64,000 nt of DNA. Origin: Alphaproteobacteria bacterium (GTDB taxonomy: Bacteria; Pseudomonadota; Alphaproteobacteria; GCA-2731375). Made by a program: the position numbers and the translations under genes. Location of the stretch: NCBI GenBank assembly GCA_965226475.1, contig CBDDDJ010000005.1, positions 1,741,690 to 1,805,689 of the forward strand, read 5' to 3'. Shown here one piece after another: positions 9,004 through 17,898 of this stretch. The first letter of the stretch is position 1. Every line of letters starts with the position of its first letter. The notes beneath the pieces were generated by a model. That model was not told where the DNA came from and did not search any database. It saw nothing but the letters and a program-made list of their open reading frames with translations.

Positions 9004-9090
9004 GTCACCGCTGGTCGGCACTTGTCCGGCCGTGGGCAATCCGCTTCCCCGTACGCCCTGATTCAGGTCTCGAGCGAAGAGGATTGACCG

Positions 9091-9567
9091 ATGAATCAGA
9101 GCCACCCTAATACCACCGGCGATGCCATCGCCCTGCTGCAAGCCTGCTGGCACCGCGACATCGTCGACCAGGCGGTGATCGCCTGCCGGGCGGAACTCGT
9201 CCGCCTGGGCGTCGACCAAGCGCGGATCGAGACCCACGAGGTGCCCGGCAGCCTGGAGATCCCGCTGCACGCCAAGCTGCTGGCCAAGAGCGGGCGCCAC
9301 GGCGCCATTGTCGCCTTCGGCTTCGTCGTCGACGGCGGCATCTACCGCCACGTGTTCGTCGCCGAAACCGTGATCGACGCCATGATGCGGGTACAGCTGG
9401 AGACGGAGGTGCCGATCCTATCCTGCGTGCCGACGCCGCAACGCTTCCACGAAAGCGACGAGCACCACGGCTTCTTCCACCAGCATTTTTTGGTCAAGGG
9501 ACGCGAGGCGGCCGAGGCCTGCGTCGCGACGCTCGAGAACATCGCCCGTCTGCGAACAGCGGCCTGA
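9091..9567 (+). CDS. ribH: 6,7-dimethyl-8-ribityllumazine synthase (type II, RibH2-like)
   Basis: A 158-aa protein with the lumazine synthase fold signature (VPGSLEIPL, FGFVVDGGIYRH, ...SCVPTPQ..., KGREAA). It carries a Shine-Dalgarno sequence and lies downstream of the FMN riboswitch. Confidence 0.8.
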   Translation: MNQSHPNTTGDAIALLQACWHRDIVDQAVIACRAELVRLGVDQARIETHEVPGSLEIPLHAKLLAKSGRHGAIVAFGFVVDGGIYRHVFVAETVIDAMMRVQLETEVPILSCVPTPQRFHESDEHHGFFHQHFLVKGREAAEACVATLENIARLRTAA

Positions 9568-9576
9568 TATTGCTTC

Positions 9577-9606
9577 CCCGGCGCCGGGATTATGGGTCCC
9601 GGCGCC
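9577..9606 (+). terminator. Perfect 12-bp GC stem-loop just after the ribH stop; possible terminator with a weak U-tract
   Basis: The sequence is ccggcgccggga ttatgg gtcccggcgccgg. Confidence 0.3.
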
Positions 9607-9825
9607 GGCGGCCACTCACATTAAGAAATCCCGCGCGGGATGTGCTAAACAGCTTGGCAACCGGCGCGGTAGGCTGTTTCAGGGTGAGGCTTTGGTGCGG
9701 GTTGACGAAAGAGCGCACAATCCCCAGGATATCGCGCGCTATCGCTCGCGATCTGCTGTCTTTTAGGACCGTTTGCACGGCGCCGCTCGTTTCTGATCGT
9801 CGGCTCTCAAATCGCTCTAATCGTC

Positions 9826-10593
9826 TTGCTGACGATCCTCACACAGGTCGGCGGCCTGGCCCTTTGGCTTGCTCATGGCGTCGGCGCGGTGATCCGCCGG
9901 CGTCGGAACAGCGGAACAATATTGACCTTCGTTCTGCTGTACACCGGCCTCACCGCCGGCGTCGTACCGCGCGTGGCGCCGTACTTCGGTCGGGTGCCGC
10001 TCGATTGTTTCACCGGACCCAGCACGGCCTATGCGGCCAACTCGCGGCTCTATTGCACACTCAACCGCCACTATGTGCGACCCAAATTGAAACTCCTAAT
10101 GATGGCCCTGTCGGCCCACGTTTCGGCACGCCATCCGGGAAGCGTGCTCACCTATCTCGATGCGGGCTTTCCCTTCCCTCTCGGCCTGCCGCTGTTACCG
10201 CATCTCTCGCACCGCGACGGCCGTTCGCTCGACGTCGCTCTGTTTTACGAGACGACGGGTGGTGCACGACCGGTCCGGGGTGGCGCTTGGTGGTTGGGTT
10301 ATTGGGCCTTTGCTCCCGCCCGACGTCATGAGGCGCCGCCCGCATGCCGGCGCGACGGCTTCCTCCGCTGGCGGATGGAAAGCCTGCAAGGACTTTTCGC
10401 CGATCTCAGCCTGGATCACGCGCGAAACCGGGAAATGCTGTCTTGGCTCCGTGGCGAAGGTCCGCAGCATGGCCTGCGGAAAGTCTTCATCGAGCCCTAT
10501 CTGAAGCACCACTTGGGTGTCGAGGGGAACATTTTACGCCATGCCGGTTGCAATGCCGCCCGGCACGACGACCACATTCACCTTCAAATGTGA
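9826..10593 (+). CDS. MepA-like (peptidase M74/LAS-superfamily) murein endopeptidase-like protein with an N-terminal TM/signal
   Basis: HLSHRDGRSLDVALFY resembles MepA HASHQTGLDVDIFL (His/Asp Zn ligands), and the C-terminal HDDHIHL resembles the MepA HxH motif. Confidence 0.45.
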   Translation: MLTILTQVGGLALWLAHGVGAVIRRRRNSGTILTFVLLYTGLTAGVVPRVAPYFGRVPLDCFTGPSTAYAANSRLYCTLNRHYVRPKLKLLMMALSAHVSARHPGSVLTYLDAGFPFPLGLPLLPHLSHRDGRSLDVALFYETTGGARPVRGGAWWLGYWAFAPARRHEAPPACRRDGFLRWRMESLQGLFADLSLDHARNREMLSWLRGEGPQHGLRKVFIEPYLKHHLGVEGNILRHAGCNAARHDDHIHLQM

Positions 10594-10596
10594 AAC

Positions 10597-11349
10597 TCAA
10601 CGCAGACCCAGCGTGGCGTTGGCGATAATGTAGGCGCCGAGAGCCAAGATGGCGATGAAGAAGACGCGGCGGAACATGGCTTCGGAGAACCGCCGGCGGA
10701 CCTTCTGGCCGACGAGCATGCCGAGAGCGGCCGGGATAAGCGCCGCGCCGGAGACGGCGCCAAGCTCCAGCGACAGAAAATCGTTGCCGCCCAGCGCCAC
10801 GGCCAGCGCCACGGTCGAGGCGGTGAACAGCATCCCCATCGCCTGCACCAGCGCGTCGCGCGGCAGGCCGATCGCCTGCAAAAACATCACCCCCGGCACC
10901 ACGAAGGAACCGGTCATGCCCGTCAGCACGCCGTTGGCGGTGCCGATCAGCGGGCCGGCCCAGACCTCCTGGCGGGGCGAGAGGGTGAGGCGGATGCCGC
11001 CCAGGTTGATCGCCGCATAAGCGATCAGCAGCCCGCCCAAGAGGCCCGAGAGAATGTCGAGGTCGACCGTGGTGAGCGCGCTGGCGCCGAGCCAGACCGT
11101 CACCGTCGCCATCGCCAGAAACGGCCAGATACGGCGCAGGATCGCCGCGCCGTTGCCGCCCACCGCCGCCTGCCACAGGTTGGTGGCGAAAGACGGGATC
11201 AGCAGCAGCGCCATCGCCGTCGTCAGGTCGAACGCCACGGTCAACAGCCCGAGGCTGACCGTTGGCAGGCCGAGGCCGATCACCCCCTTGACCCCGCCCG
11301 CCAAAAGGAAGGTGAGGGCGACGGCAACGATGATATGGGGCTCGAACAC
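10597..11349 (-). CDS. TauE/SafE-family sulfite/anion exporter (DUF81)
   Basis: A 250-aa protein of two 4-TM repeats with Gly-rich helices typical of TauE/SafE. Confidence 0.7.
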   Translation of the reverse strand: MFEPHIIVAVALTFLLAGGVKGVIGLGLPTVSLGLLTVAFDLTTAMALLLIPSFATNLWQAAVGGNGAAILRRIWPFLAMATVTVWLGASALTTVDLDILSGLLGGLLIAYAAINLGGIRLTLSPRQEVWAGPLIGTANGVLTGMTGSFVVPGVMFLQAIGLPRDALVQAMGMLFTASTVALAVALGGNDFLSLELGAVSGAALIPAALGMLVGQKVRRRFSEAMFRRVFFIAILALGAYIIANATLGLR

Positions 11350-11367
11350 GGGCGCGCCGCTTGCGCC

Positions 11368-12432
11368 CTAGACCACCTTCACGTTCCGTGCATCGGAGAG
11401 CGCGTCGAGCATGCCCTGGACCGTGTCCTCGTCCATGTCGCGGGTGATGAAGACGACGCGGCTGCGGCGGTCCTCGCTCGGCCAGGCGTCGAGCTGCACC
11501 GGTGGGTGGAAGAGATGCTGCACGCCGTGGAGGACGATCGGCTTGTCGCTCTCCTCGACGTTCAGAATTCCCTTCACCCGCAGCATGTCCTCGCCCCGGT
11601 AGTTGGCCAGCAGCTCCAGCCAGGTGGCAACGCTGTTCCACGGCAAGGGATCGTCGATCGTCATGCAGAAGGCGCGGATGCGCTCGTCGTGGCGGTTCAC
11701 GTCCCGGTGGTCGTGGTCGTGCTCATGATCATAGCCGTGCTCATCGTCCTCGCGGTAGGCCTCCTCGCGCAGCCAGCGGGCGACGTCGAGGGTCTTGCTC
11801 GCGGGATTGTAGAGCCCGGCCTCGAACAGCATGCCGGGCGCGATGTCGCCGAAACTCACCGGCAACTGTTCGGCGCCGGGATTGAGACCCCGGAGCCGCT
11901 CGCCGAGGCTCGCCACCGCCCCCTCGTCGGCCAGGTCCGACTTGGTCATGAGGATGCGGTCGGCGACGGCGGCCTGCTTCACCGATTCGAAGTGATTGTC
12001 GAGCGTGCCCGCGCCGTTCACGGCATCGACCGTGGTGATCACGCCATCGAGGCGGAAGCGGCTGGAGAGAACGGGATCGGCCATCAACGAGTGCAGAATC
12101 GGCGCCGGGTCCGCGAGGCCGGTGGTTTCGATCACCAGCCGCTCGAAAGGCGGAACCTCGTTCCTCGCCCGCTTGACGTAGAGACCGCGCAGCGTGTCCA
12201 CCAGCTCGCCCCGGATGGTGCAGCACAGGCAGCCGCTCGACATCAACACGATGTCCTCGTCGGCAGATTCCACCAGATCGCTATCCAGCCCGATCTCGCC
12301 GAACTCGTTGATCACCACGGCGGTTTTCGCCATGTCGGGATGCTGCAGCAGGCGGTTCAGCAGCGTGGTCTTGCCGCTGCCGAGAAAACCGGTGATGACC
12401 GAAACCGGCAGCAGCTCGCCTTCGCTATCCAT
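11368..12432 (-). CDS. CobW/COG0523 G3E-family GTPase (putative metal chaperone)
   Basis: It has a Walker A GFLGSGKTT, the GCLCCT metal-binding motif, a His/Asp/Glu-rich linker (EDDEHGYDHEHDHDH) and a CobW C-terminal domain. Confidence 0.8.
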   Translation of the reverse strand: MDSEGELLPVSVITGFLGSGKTTLLNRLLQHPDMAKTAVVINEFGEIGLDSDLVESADEDIVLMSSGCLCCTIRGELVDTLRGLYVKRARNEVPPFERLVIETTGLADPAPILHSLMADPVLSSRFRLDGVITTVDAVNGAGTLDNHFESVKQAAVADRILMTKSDLADEGAVASLGERLRGLNPGAEQLPVSFGDIAPGMLFEAGLYNPASKTLDVARWLREEAYREDDEHGYDHEHDHDHRDVNRHDERIRAFCMTIDDPLPWNSVATWLELLANYRGEDMLRVKGILNVEESDKPIVLHGVQHLFHPPVQLDAWPSEDRRSRVVFITRDMDEDTVQGMLDALSDARNVKVV

Positions 12433-12486
12433 CTTCGTCCACTCCCTTGGCCCAGAGGCCTCCGATATAGCACCTAGTACTGGCCA

Positions 12487-13457
12487 TTAAAAATAAGGCT
12501 CAATTCGTGAATTGTATGCGTCACCTTGTTACGGCGGCGGCGAGGCAGGCTCGGTCATTGGCGCCGGGGGCGAGGCCGACGAGGTGGAACCAGCTCAGGT
12601 AGTTGTCCAGATAGCGGGTGGCGATGCCGCGGCGGGGACGCAGGAAGTCCTTCAACCGGCTGTGGCGGCTGTTCACCGTCTGCACATGCAGATCGCCCCG
12701 AACCCGTTCCCCCATCGAGCGGTTGAGTGCTTCGTGGCTCACCCCGAGCGCGGCGGCGCAAGGTGGATAGCTCGCGCCACCGTCGGAGACCAGCAGGGCG
12801 TCCTTCGCGACCACCGGGTCGAGAGCAGCCGTGAGCGCCGCCGCGTCGACCCTGGGCAGCACCGCGCTCACCGTCGTCCCGCTCCGCCCCGCCGCCGTGC
12901 CTTGCGTCCCAGCCCGCGCGCGCCCTTCCGGCTCTCCAGGACGTAGGTCTCGTCCGCTTCCACGATCCCCTTGAGCACCTCCGAATCGCTCCGCGCCGCC
13001 GCCAGAAACCGGTGACGCCAGCGGAACGCCGTGCTCACCGCCACGTCGCAGCGCGCCGCCGAGGCCTTCACCGTCTCCCCCTCCGCCAGCGACGCCCCGA
13101 ACGACAGCCAGCGTTCCTTGTGGTGCAGGCCCGACAGCGGCGTACCGGTCAGCGCGTTGAAGGTCCTGCCGCAGCCCTTGCACTGGTAGCGCCGCAGACC
13201 CCGCGCCATACCGCGCGAAACCGCCCCTTCGCTCGAGCAGTGCGGACAGCGCCGGGCCTCGTCCACACCAAGCTCGATCGCGGCCTTCGATGCCTCGCCT
13301 TCGCTCCGGCCCGACAGCACCGCGAGCGCCTCGTGCCGCTGCACGCGCGTCAGCCCGCGCGCCGCCGAAAGCCACACCTGGAAACCCTTGCCGTCCATGA
13401 CCCAACCCCCTGACGTTCCGGGCATTCTATCACAAATGCATACGTTTCACAAATTGA
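12487..13457 (-). mobile_element. IS1595-family insertion sequence (about 971 bp) flanked by an 8-bp target-site duplication AAAAATAA
   Basis: Imperfect terminal inverted repeats GGCTCAATTCGTGAATTGTATGCG (left) and GGCTCAATTTGTGAAACGTATGCA (reverse complement of right). Direct repeats AAAAATAA lie at 12479..12486 and 13458..13465. A second identical copy begins at 63891. Confidence 0.8.
12521..13425 (-). CDS. IS1595-family transposase, split over two overlapping frames (12868..13425 N-part, 12521..about 12900 C-part)
   Basis: The N-terminus has the IS1595 zinc ribbon (CPHCSSEG...YQCKGCGRTF), an HTH and the ADETYV motif. The DDE C-terminus continues in another frame, so this is an apparent frameshift. 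Confidence 0.7.
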
Positions 13458-13584
13458 GCCAAAAATAATGGCTCCCCGGGCACCCCGCTCCCCCGGCCCA
13501 GCCACCCGTGGAGTGTACCCTTGGGGTAGTTGGGCCGGGGGAGCGGGGTGGCCGGGACTTACGATAGTAACCACGAGGAGAGGG

Positions 13585-15129
13585 CTAGTCTTCGGGTACG
13601 GCGCCACCTTCCGCGATCCGGCGATCGACGAAAGCCTTCAGCTCTTCCTGGATATCCAGCGCCATCGGCGGCGGCTCGTAGTCGGCCAGAAGCTGTTTGT
13701 AGATCTCGTGCGCCCGCCTGGTGGCGCTCTTGGCGCCGTCCTCCGACCAGGTCTCGAAGTTGCGCCAGTCGGAAAGGAAGGGCGTATAGAAGGCGGTCTC
13801 GTAGCGCTCGAGCGTATGCGCGGTGCCGAAATAGTGCCCGCCGGGACCGACGTCGCGGATCGCATCCAGGCCCAGGCTCGCCGCGTCGACCTGGATCGGC
13901 TCCAGCAGTTCCGCCATCATCTGCAGCATCTCGGCATCGATGATGACCTTCTCGAAGGACGCGGTAAGCCCGCCTTCCAGCCAGCCGAGGCCATGCTTCA
14001 TGACGTTGCAACCGCCCAGGAAACAGGCCCAGATCGACATTTGGCTCTCGTAGACCGCCTGCGCGTCGGGGGCGTTGGAGGCGTTCACGTTCGAGGAGCG
14101 GTAGGGCACCGAATAACGCCGGGCCAACTGACCGCCCGCCAGCACCGCCTTCACGTATTCGGGCGTGCCGAAGGCGGGAGCACCGCTCTTCATGTCGACG
14201 TTGGAGGTGAAGCCGCCGTAGACCACCGGCGCGCCCTTGCGGACCAGCTGGGCGAAGGCCATGCCGGCCAGGGCCTCGGCGTTCTGCTGTGCCAGCGCGC
14301 CGGCCAAGGTCACCGGCGCCATCGCGCCCGCCAGCGTGAAGGGCGTGAAGACCACCGCCTGGTTCCGTTTGGCCAGCTCTATCACGCCCCTGAGCATCGG
14401 CCGGTCGTATTGCAGCGGCGAGTTGGCGTTGACCACGGTCCAGATGCTGGTCTCGGCGTCCAGCCGCGCCTCGTCGATGCCGCGGGCGATCCGCGCCAGC
14501 TCGATCGAATCTCGGATCCGCCGGCCGCCCAAGGCATAGCCGTAGAGCGGCTTGTCCGTCAGCGTGGCCAAGGCGTATTCGGTTTTCAGGTGGCGGATCG
14601 GTGTCGGCACGTCCGTCGGCTCCACCGGATAGCCGGCGGCGAAATCCACGATATTGAGGCTCTGCGCCAAACGGAAGAAATTCTCGCAGTCTTCCAGGCT
14701 GCCCTGGCGACGGCCCCGCTCGATATCGCTGGCATTGGGTGGGCTGGAGACGAGCGAGATCGTCATGTTGCGCCCACCGATCCGGCGGTGGTTGGCGGGA
14801 TTGCGGGCGTGGAAGGTGAACTCGGCCGGCGCCGTTCCCATCGCTTCCATCACCATGGCGCGGTCGAAACGGACCCGGGTTTCGCCCGGTGTCACCGCGG
14901 CCCCGGCGGCGGCGAGGATGTCGCGCGCCTCGTCCAGCAGGAAGTTGATCCCCATCTCCTCCAGGATGGTCAGCGAGGCATCGTGAATGGCCTCGATCTG
15001 GTCCTGGGAGAGGATTTCGATGGCGGGAAGCGTATTGACCAGCTGGCGGCGGGGCGATTGCCGCAAGCCGCCGGCCACCCGGCGCGCTTTCTTTTCGGCA
15101 CGATCGCGCGGCCGTCGTCTGGATGCCAT
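13585..15129 (-). CDS. MttB-superfamily methyltransferase (non-Pyl trimethylamine/glycine-betaine methyltransferase family)
   Basis: A 514-aa protein with the conserved MttB TIM-barrel family pattern throughout (LTILEEMGI..., GYALGGRR..., FLGGCNVMKHGLGWLEGGL). The start is chosen at MASRRRP, and the upstream part of ORF 13585..15273 is not coding-like. Confidence 0.7.
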   Translation of the reverse strand: MASRRRPRDRAEKKARRVAGGLRQSPRRQLVNTLPAIEILSQDQIEAIHDASLTILEEMGINFLLDEARDILAAAGAAVTPGETRVRFDRAMVMEAMGTAPAEFTFHARNPANHRRIGGRNMTISLVSSPPNASDIERGRRQGSLEDCENFFRLAQSLNIVDFAAGYPVEPTDVPTPIRHLKTEYALATLTDKPLYGYALGGRRIRDSIELARIARGIDEARLDAETSIWTVVNANSPLQYDRPMLRGVIELAKRNQAVVFTPFTLAGAMAPVTLAGALAQQNAEALAGMAFAQLVRKGAPVVYGGFTSNVDMKSGAPAFGTPEYVKAVLAGGQLARRYSVPYRSSNVNASNAPDAQAVYESQMSIWACFLGGCNVMKHGLGWLEGGLTASFEKVIIDAEMLQMMAELLEPIQVDAASLGLDAIRDVGPGGHYFGTAHTLERYETAFYTPFLSDWRNFETWSEDGAKSATRRAHEIYKQLLADYEPPPMALDIQEELKAFVDRRIAEGGAVPED

Positions 15130-15457
15130 GTCCGCCCCTCGCCTCCGCGCGACTCCCCCACACGGCGCCAGCCTATCGCCCCCTCGCCGGCTTGGCGACA
15201 GCAATGGCGAAGCGGAAAAATAATTTCCGAAACCGTGATGGAGATCACGGACTCTACCGCCCCTAGCGGCCATAATAAGGATGTCCCGTGAACCGATGGG
15301 TTATGGGATGCCGATCCAGGGACCCGTCGGGGACCCGGATGAACGGCTCAACGACAATGGCAAACCGTCGGAAACGGCGGGACGCAAAGCCACCGGCCGT
15401 CCGCCCCAACACCGCAAAGTAGGGGCACGGTAGCGGGGCTACCGAAAGGAGGCCGTC

Positions 15458-15583
15458 ATGACCTATCGTCTGACAACGCAGACATTAATCTCGCCCGGGC
15501 GCCAAGGCACGCCCGCTCGAATCGCCCGGGGCCGTCACGACCTGGCCCCGGTGCAGGACGATAACGCCATGCGAGGTGATTGA
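15458..15583 (+). CDS. Hypothetical 41-aa ORF with a strong Shine-Dalgarno sequence (AAGGAGG-5nt-ATG)
   Basis: The translation is MTYRLTTQTLISPGRQGTPARIARGRHDLAPVQDDNAMRGD. It is not in the ORF track because it is under 60 aa. Confidence 0.25.
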   Translation: MTYRLTTQTLISPGRQGTPARIARGRHDLAPVQDDNAMRGD

Positions 15584-15584
15584 G

Positions 15585-15752
15585 ATGTCAGGATTTTCAG
15601 CGATTTTCAGCGGAATTTGGAGCATTTGGAGCGGCTCGCTGGGCGAGTTGCCCTATTGGAACCCCTACGGCGCGGTCGCCGTGCCGATCGTCATGTTGCT
15701 ACTGCTGGGGACGCTCGGTTGGCTGACCGTTCGAGGCGAGGACCGGGGTTGA
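15585..15752 (+). CDS. Hypothetical 55-aa small membrane protein, 1-nt downstream of the preceding small ORF
   Basis: The translation MSGFSAIFSGIWSIWSGSLGELPYWNPYGAVAVPIVMLLLLGTLGWLTVRGEDRG has one C-terminal TM helix. The 5' end contains tandem direct repeats (gattttcagc x2, atttggagc x2). Confidence 0.3.
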   Translation: MSGFSAIFSGIWSIWSGSLGELPYWNPYGAVAVPIVMLLLLGTLGWLTVRGEDRG

Positions 15753-15762
15753 ACCGGCTCGG

Positions 15763-16995
15763 TCACGGAAGCGGGGCGCCCTCTTCGATCAGGGCGATCT
15801 GGCGCGGCAGCAGCCGCGAAAGCGCATAGCGCTCGACGATGGTCTCGCGCGCCCGGGCCCTGAGCGCCCGGCCGCGGGCCGAATCGTCGAGCGCCGCCTC
15901 CGCCCTGTCCGCGATCGCCTCGATATCGTGAAAATCGACGAGGAGGCCGTTTACCCCCTCCTCGATCACCTCGCGCACGGGCTCGGTATCGGAGCCCAGC
16001 ACCAGGCAGCCCGCCGCCATGCATTCGAGCATCGATCAGGAGAGCACGAAAGGCACCGTCAGGTAGAGATGGAGAGAGGAGGCGCGGATCACGTCCCGGT
16101 ACTGGCCATAGGGCAGCAAGCCGGTGAAATGCAGCCGATCGAGATCCAGGTCCGGCGTCTCCTCCAGCATTTTCTGCTTGTAGGTTCGCCCATCCTCCAG
16201 CCGCCGACCGTAGGCCACCCGGTCTGCGCCCACCACAACCACGTGCAACCCCGGACGCCGTCGCTGCAGGATGCGGGTGGCGCGGATCATCTCCGGGAAG
16301 CCGCGATAGGGCTCCATGCCGCGCGCCACATAGGTCATGATCTCCCCCCCGCCCGAGAGGTCGAGCCCGGGAAGCGTCAACGGTCCGGGCTCGACGGGAC
16401 TGAAATAATCCGTGTCGATCCCCTCGTGCAGCACCTGGATCGAGTCGCGGAAGATCCCGGGAAACTGCGCACGCTGCCATTCCGTCGGCGATATCCGCAC
16501 ATCGGCGGCGGCCAGATCGAGGAGAATTGGCGCGTTCTTGGTCCGGATTCGCAATCTGTCGTCCTCGGTCTGCGGCGAATCGGCCAGAAACGAGGCATCC
16601 GACCCCCGGCCCCGGTAAAACCACTCGAAAAGCCCGATCAGCCGCGCCTCGGGGAAGGCATCCTTGAAATACTGCCCCGCCCCCCAGCCCGAATGGGCGC
16701 ACACGACATCCGGCACGAAGCCCTCCGCCGCGAGCGTCTTCGCCAGCCGATAGGCCGCCTGGCCATTCAACACCGCGAATTCCAGCGGGCGGATATAGGG
16801 GTGGGTCTCCTTGCGCACCTCGCGATGCGGCTTGAACAGCCGCTTGGCGACACCCGGCAGTTCCGCCTTCGGGTTGGTCGTTGCGAACACCACCTGATGG
16901 CCGCGCCGGGCCAACGCCACCGCCACGTGGCGGTACTGGGCGGGGAAGTTGGTATGGGCAAAAGCACCCGCATAGGGATCATCCCCGGTTTGCAT
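15763..16995 (-). pseudogene. GT4-family glycosyltransferase interrupted by an in-frame TGA (16036..16038)
   Basis: ORFs 16036..16995 and 15763..16032 share one frame: ...YLTVPFVLS-TGA-SMLECMAAGCLVLGSD... The stop falls at a hydrophobic position just before the GT4 E(A/C)MA(A)G motif, where Trp (TGG) is plausible. Confidence 0.65.
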
Positions 16996-17029
16996 CAGCC
17001 AATATGTAGCGCAAAGGTAACGTCATACA

Positions 17030-17898
17030 TGCGAAATTCGACGGGCGGATGGTCGATCTGGGCCAATTCCATGCCGCCGTGGATCAAAGAGGGCCCGCTC
17101 GGGCATCACCCAGAGCCGTTGACGCCGCGTCGCCTCGACCAATTGAAAAGCGCTGTCGCCAACTTCGACCTCTCGAGCCTGGTGCGTCGCCAGCCGGCCT
17201 GCGCCCTCGCCCCCGGCATGCCGCCGCGTCCGGTCTTCGAGGAGGCCTATTTCTCGTTCGACGAGTTGCGCCACCGCCTGCTCCCCAACGTCCACCTGAT
17301 GGCCAACCGCTGGCTCTTTCAACACCTGACCTGCATCCTCGACGAGCGAATGTTGACGCTGCTGCCGGAGATGGAGACCGGGGGCCGCCTGCCGACCAGC
17401 ATCAACATCAACATCTCGACGCTCGCGAGCCGTGCCTTCTCGGAATTCGACCGCCGCCATTCCCGCCGGGCGGCCAGCGGCGAGAGCGGGGCGAAACGCG
17501 CCGGGCGCCCGATCCTGGAACTGCAGCCCTTCGACATAGTCGCGGATAGTTCCTCCTTCCATTTCGCCCGCAACTTCGTGCGCTCGCGAAACTACACGGT
17601 CTGCCTCGACGGCCTCTCCTGCCTCCAGCTGCCGTCCGTGCCGCGCGACCTGCTGGACGTGGACCTCGTGAAGCTGCACTGGCGGGCGGAGGCGGCGGAC
17701 GCCATCGAGCGGAACCACGCCGCCCTCGCCGACTCGATCCGACGTTTCGGCGCCACCCGGGTCGTGCTCGCGCGCTGCGGCGAAGCGGCGGCGATCGACT
17801 TCGGCCAATCGGTGGGCATCACGCGATTCCAGGGCTGGCACATCGACGAGCTGTTGAACGGAAAGTCGACGTCTGGCGCTAATCGTTCAATATCATGA
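17030..17898 (+). CDS. Stand-alone degenerate EAL-like domain protein
   Basis: The C-terminal 289 aa of ORF 15928..17898 align to the EAL fold ([11 protein letters not shown] like NLSarql; [13 protein letters not shown]...[10 protein letters not shown] like aiDDFGtGyssL...vd.lKiD; [10 protein letters not shown] like aQGylfs), but the catalytic DDFG/EAL residues are replaced. Confidence 0.45.

Noticed and set aside
9577-9606. Possibility that the 12-bp perfect hairpin after ribH is a REP/MITE copy
   Set aside because: The single short palindrome has no flanking inverted-repeat structure and no similarity to either MITE family found here. It is kept only as a weak terminator candidate.
10487-11641. 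384-aa minus-strand ORF
   Set aside because: It is an out-of-frame overlap of the TauE/SafE and CobW genes with a low-complexity Arg/Gly-rich translation.
13468-15291. 607-aa plus-strand ORF and the 13559..15163 minus-strand ORF
   Set aside because: Both are alternate frames of the MttB-family gene, with no motifs and extreme Arg/Gly bias.
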